This document shows positions 60,324 through 64,000 of a stretch of DNA of 64,000 nucleotides, piece after piece. The notes beneath the pieces are model-generated. The model saw only the letters and a list, made by a program, of their open reading frames with translations, was not told where the DNA came from and ran no database searches. The DNA is from an uncultured Gammaproteobacteria bacterium (GTDB lineage Bacteria > Patescibacteriota > Patescibacteriia > CAZGFX01). Location of the stretch: the NCBI GenBank assembly GCA_964524845.1, contig CAZGFX010000001.1, forward strand, positions 75,823-139,822, given 5' to 3'. Each line of letters starts with the position of its first letter. Positions within the stretch are counted from its first letter, which is position 1. Made by a program: the position numbers and the translations under genes.

Positions 60324-60797
60324 ATGAGTATTGATAAACAACATCTTTGTAACTTTCTTGTAAAAGCAAAAAGAGCTACATACGCGGCCGGTGATATGGC
60401 TAATAAAATTATAAACGAAGATCATTCGACTACACTTATATTTGAAGAAGGCGATTGGAAATATCACGATAATTATTTCGGAGGAGAACCATTTGGCGGA
60501 AGAGAGGTTGTATTGTTTCAAAACACACCTATATATATTATGACGTACTATGGAAAGGTTGATGAAACAATAGTTGATTGTAACCAAATTTATAAAACAC
60601 TTCAAAATGCACTACTTTTAATTCCGCACGAGCACCCATACCGTGGTCCACGAGAATATATTCAAGAAAACTACAAGTATATAAATAATTTTACAGGAGA
60701 AGTCGATAATTTCTTCGGCGAAGAAATTATTATGCAAGATGGAAAAGAAATATACAAAACTAGATATAACGGTGGTTTTGTTGATCAGAGAAAATGA
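60324..60797 (+). CDS. hypothetical protein (157 aa)
   Basis: No recognisable motif. Confidence 0.4.
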   Translation: MSIDKQHLCNFLVKAKRATYAAGDMANKIINEDHSTTLIFEEGDWKYHDNYFGGEPFGGREVVLFQNTPIYIMTYYGKVDETIVDCNQIYKTLQNALLLIPHEHPYRGPREYIQENYKYINNFTGEVDNFFGEEIIMQDGKEIYKTRYNGGFVDQRK

Positions 60798-60803
60798 AAA
60801 ACT

Positions 60804-63800
60804 TTATTCCCCATTATCTAAAGAAAAATCTTTATTGTGTTTTGACTCTTTCACCCCATAGCATAGATTATAATATGGGCAGCGTTCGCATGTTTTCGTA
60901 CTGTCTGTCATAGGAAATTCTTGGTTTTTTATCTTCGCATACACATCTTTTATGGTTTTCTTAAGCTCAGACACATCATTTTCGTCAAAAGGAACAATCG
61001 CTTGTTTATATTTTTCATTCTTTCCTTGAACGAAATCCAGAACCCCTTCCGTCATCGTATAATTTCCTTTCAAAAATGAATCATTTTCGCACAATAATTT
61101 ATAAAAAACTATCTGACGTTTGAAACTCCCGTCTGAATTTTTCGTCGTCCCAGCAATTTCATTATCCGACTTGATATCCCCCGTCTTATAATCAACCACG
61201 CGAATGTGTCCTACATCTCCTTTGATCTTCTCTATCTTGTCTATTTTTCCCGTTATCTGAATTCCATCTACTCGTATATCACGAGGACCAAAATCATATT
61301 CTAGAAACTCAGGAATAGAAAAAACATCCTTGTAATAATCATAATATCCGGAAAGTCCGACAATCCCTTCTTCCTTACACGAATCAAACTCTTTCGGAGT
61401 TAATATTTCTCTGGAAAGAGCCTCCTCATATAATTTTAAAAGCATATCTTTTGACGGAAGTACACCGTCTTTTTTGTACTCCAGAAAAAAGTTTTCAAGC
61501 GCCTTGTGATACGCCGTTCCAAGTGCCATGTGCTTATCCTTCATTGCAGGCAATCTGAGTATCGTTCCATATTTGAATTGACGCGGACATCTTATATATG
61601 CGTTTAAATGTGTTACGCTCATTTTATATTCAGACAAAATAGTGTCTATATATTCTTTTTCTGTCATTGCCGAATTAGTATTTAAATAATTCGTCCTAAC
61701 ATCAAAAAACTCCTTCAAATCGCTAGTGGTATCACCAATATTTATCTTTTCAATTCGATCTGGGCGTATTTCAAGTAAAAACTGGGTTGGAGTCTTCTCG
61801 CTTCTCTGATCTCCGCTTCCATACTCATGAGAATATGTTATATGTACCTGCTCTTTTGCTCTCGTCATCGCAACAAAGAACAATCTGCGCTCATCCTCAT
61901 TTTTATCAAGCTCAAGAACATTCTGATTTTTAAGAACAGATGCCGGCAAGTGAATCTTGTTTTGATCTCTTGTGTTGCCCCATGCGCCATCAACCGCTTC
62001 AACTATAAATACATGTTCGAATTCAAGTCCTTTTGATTTGTGTGCCGTTGAAACGTATACTCCATCTCTGTCTATTGAGAAACCCTCCTCATCAAGAGCT
62101 ATATCATGCTCTCTATAGAGCGATACTATTTTCAAAAATTTCTCTAGTGAAAGCGAATGATCCGCTTTGTTAAGGGATTTTACCTCGCTATACAATGTTG
62201 ATAACGCGCGTAGCGCTTCTATTCTTTCATCTCCTAAGCCTTCAACCCAGTTCATAAATCCGGACTCTCTCAAAAATTCTTCAAAAAAACGAGCAAACGA
62301 CGTGCTTGCCGCACGTTCTTTATATTTCGTTATGTTTTTTACGAAAAGCTCAATTTCATCAACACCTTCTACCTCTGCTCGCTCGAGCGATTCTCTTTTC
62401 GTCATCACGCTCCAAATGTGCAAATCTTTATGATCTGAACGAATCACATTGTTTCGAAGCATGGAAATTTTATAAACATCAACGGGATTTATTTTTGTCG
62501 CACTACTCATCATAACCTGCGCGAGAGTTTGATCATCATAAGGAGATGCAATAATTGTTAGATAATCAATCAAAAGTCTCATGACAGGATGTGTCAAAAC
62601 ATTAATCGTCCCGGCCACTACAACAGGTATTCCCATACGAGACAGAAATTCCGCGTATTCATCTGCTCCGGAATTTTTCCTTGCAAGAACCGCGATATCC
62701 GAAGGATGAACTCCTTTTTCTATTAATTGTTTTATTTCTGTTGCAACAAAATGTTTTTCCGTATGCTCGTGAGGACACTCAATAACACGAATCAAGCTCC
62801 CTTGACCCTTTTTTGAAACTAGCGACTTCACCACATCTTTCATATGCTTAGAAGCGCGATGAGTGTTATTTTCTATAAGGTCCGCTGATGCATCCAAAAT
62901 ATGCTGAAGAGAACGATAATTGTGTTTTAAAACAATCGGCTCGTTTACAACGAACTTTTTATTAAAAAATAAAATATTTTCAAGCGATGCGCCCTGAAAA
63001 CGATAAATTGACTGGTCATCATCACCAACAACGAACACATTAGGCCTTGTTTCTCCTTCAAAAGATGCGAGAAGCTCTATAATTCTGTTTTGAGCTGAAT
63101 TCGTATCCTGATACTCGTCAACGAGCACATAAAGATATCTTTCTTGATATACGGCGAGCAATGTATCATCGTTTTCAAGCTTATCAATTACAAACATGAC
63201 CATATCATCAAAATCATACCATCCGCTTTTCTTGCACTGCTCAGAATATGCGCGATAAATAGAAACCAGATCTTTGTTTTTAAGAAGTCTCGCATACGCA
63301 TCAGACCAAGCACCTGTTGGTTTACCTGTTTTTTTATTTACCTTCTTCTCCATCTCACATATACCAATTTCTTTATTTACAATTGATTCGAACTGATCTG
63401 GAGAAACATTCTCTCTCTTTAAATTCGAAAGCGCTGACCTTATTCCTTTTAAATAATAATAAGGATCACCAAACGTGCTTAAGTGTTCCGGCTTCATATC
63501 ATCAATGATAGATCTTATGGCATCTATAGCTTCTAGATCTGTAATTCTTTTGAGTGAACGAGCAAATATAAACTTCTCCGGAAATTCAGAAATAATCTGA
63601 TTGCAAAATCCGTGAAATGTTGAAACGTTTACTCCGTACCCCGCTGGTCCCATAATCTCAGCTAGACGCGTCTTAATTGCTTTCACTCCGCTCTCTGTAA
63701 ACGTCATTATGAGAATGTTTTTTGGATCGATATGAGACTTTTTTACGATATTCGCGGCGCGCATTCCAATGATCTCAGTCTTTCCAGTCCCAGGGCCCGC

Positions 63801-63896
63801 GAGTACCATAACAGGCCCTTCCGTTTCCTCAACGGCGCGCCGCTGTTCCTGATTAAGCTTTTTAAGACGATCTTCAAATAATTTTGTGTGATCCAT
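60804..63896 (-). CDS. UvrD/PcrA-family SF1 helicase fused to a C-terminal Cas4/AddB-type PD-(D/E)xK nuclease domain with a Fe-S cysteine cluster
   Basis: Walker A VLAGPGTGKTEI and UvrD-like helicase motifs. C-terminal YIRCPRQF ... DYKTG ... CERCPYYNLC (C-x2-C-x5-C) matches the RecB-family/Cas4 nuclease domain. Confidence 0.8.
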   Translation of the reverse strand: MDHTKLFEDRLKKLNQEQRRAVEETEGPVMVLAGPGTGKTEIIGMRAANIVKKSHIDPKNILIMTFTESGVKAIKTRLAEIMGPAGYGVNVSTFHGFCNQIISEFPEKFIFARSLKRITDLEAIDAIRSIIDDMKPEHLSTFGDPYYYLKGIRSALSNLKRENVSPDQFESIVNKEIGICEMEKKVNKKTGKPTGAWSDAYARLLKNKDLVSIYRAYSEQCKKSGWYDFDDMVMFVIDKLENDDTLLAVYQERYLYVLVDEYQDTNSAQNRIIELLASFEGETRPNVFVVGDDDQSIYRFQGASLENILFFNKKFVVNEPIVLKHNYRSLQHILDASADLIENNTHRASKHMKDVVKSLVSKKGQGSLIRVIECPHEHTEKHFVATEIKQLIEKGVHPSDIAVLARKNSGADEYAEFLSRMGIPVVVAGTINVLTHPVMRLLIDYLTIIASPYDDQTLAQVMMSSATKINPVDVYKISMLRNNVIRSDHKDLHIWSVMTKRESLERAEVEGVDEIELFVKNITKYKERAASTSFARFFEEFLRESGFMNWVEGLGDERIEALRALSTLYSEVKSLNKADHSLSLEKFLKIVSLYREHDIALDEEGFSIDRDGVYVSTAHKSKGLEFEHVFIVEAVDGAWGNTRDQNKIHLPASVLKNQNVLELDKNEDERRLFFVAMTRAKEQVHITYSHEYGSGDQRSEKTPTQFLLEIRPDRIEKINIGDTTSDLKEFFDVRTNYLNTNSAMTEKEYIDTILSEYKMSVTHLNAYIRCPRQFKYGTILRLPAMKDKHMALGTAYHKALENFFLEYKKDGVLPSKDMLLKLYEEALSREILTPKEFDSCKEEGIVGLSGYYDYYKDVFSIPEFLEYDFGPRDIRVDGIQITGKIDKIEKIKGDVGHIRVVDYKTGDIKSDNEIAGTTKNSDGSFKRQIVFYKLLCENDSFLKGNYTMTEGVLDFVQGKNEKYKQAIVPFDENDVSELKKTIKDVYAKIKNQEFPMTDSTKTCERCPYYNLCYGVKESKHNKDFSLDNGE

Positions 63897-63920
63897 AATA
63901 ACAAAAGTTTAACAAATAAA

Positions 63921-63955
63921 ACCCCCTTCTGCCATAGAGACCGAAGGGGGTTTCA
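63921..63955 (-). terminator. rho-independent terminator of the gene ending just inside the window end
   Basis: CCCCCTTC-tgccatagagacc-GAAGGGGG hairpin with a T-tract on the minus strand. Confidence 0.45.
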
Positions 63956-63963
63956 TAAAACAT

Positions 63964-64000
63964 TAGATCTTAAACTCGTCTATATCTATATCTTTTTTAG
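63964..64000 (-). CDS. 3' end of a minus-strand CDS continuing beyond the window
   Basis: Open frame ...KKDIDIDEFKI* ending with TAA at 63964-63966. Too short to identify. Confidence 0.25.

Overview
The window is AT-rich (about 35% GC overall; one ~4.5 kb stretch is far lower). Short genes, a largely housekeeping content and an anaerobe-type metabolism point to a small-genome, probably uncultivated bacterium, possibly CPR/Patescibacteria-like. That taxonomic call is inference only. The standard genetic code is in use.

Solid calls:
- tRNA modification: miaB and miaA.
- Translation: aspS, argS, leuS, gatC-gatA, the smpB - tmRNA - infC - rpmI - rplT block, and an unlisted rpmG.
- Replication, repair and chromosome biology: NAD-dependent ligase ligA, scpA/scpB, and a UvrD/PcrA-like helicase fused to a Cas4/AddB-type Fe-S nuclease domain.
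- Central and anaerobic metabolism: class I aldolase fbaB, tpiA, gpsA, glpK, and anaerobic class III ribonucleotide reductase nrdD/nrdG.
- Envelope and transport: lgt, three tandem DsbA-family paralogs, a DacA-like carboxypeptidase, a flotillin-like SPFH protein, two paralogous Liv-type substrate-binding proteins and a fused ABC exporter.
- RNA genes: five tRNAs (Trp-CCA, Thr-TGT, Tyr-GTA, Thr-GGT, Asp-GTC) and a tmRNA directly after smpB.

Most notable observations:
1. nrdD is split. A 685-aa body lacks the glycyl-radical motif, and a 51-aa downstream ORF carries it (RVVGY), tightly coupled to nrdG.
2. AspRS carries a complete C-terminal YbaK/ProX-type deacylase domain.
3. A very AT-rich ~4.5 kb island holds an MmeI-like Type IIG RM enzyme and an unknown 418-aa protein. 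It sits exactly where secE-nusG would be expected after rpmG - tRNA-Trp.
4. A ~220-bp near-identical cassette (nrdG 3' end, intergenic region, signal-peptide start) heads two otherwise diverged substrate-binding-protein paralogs and leaves an nrdG 3' pseudo-fragment.
5. The flotillin-like protein has five reiterated N-terminal units and a 51-bp perfect intragenic DNA repeat.
6. A ~750-bp GC-elevated region with no ORF lies between convergent genes and may be a structured RNA.
7. tRNA-Thr(GGT) is enclosed by a perfect 14-bp inverted repeat.
8. Several clusters of small hypothetical genes (29.9-32.6 kb, 51.2-53.9 kb) have no recognisable domains.

No CRISPR array, rRNA or transposase was seen.
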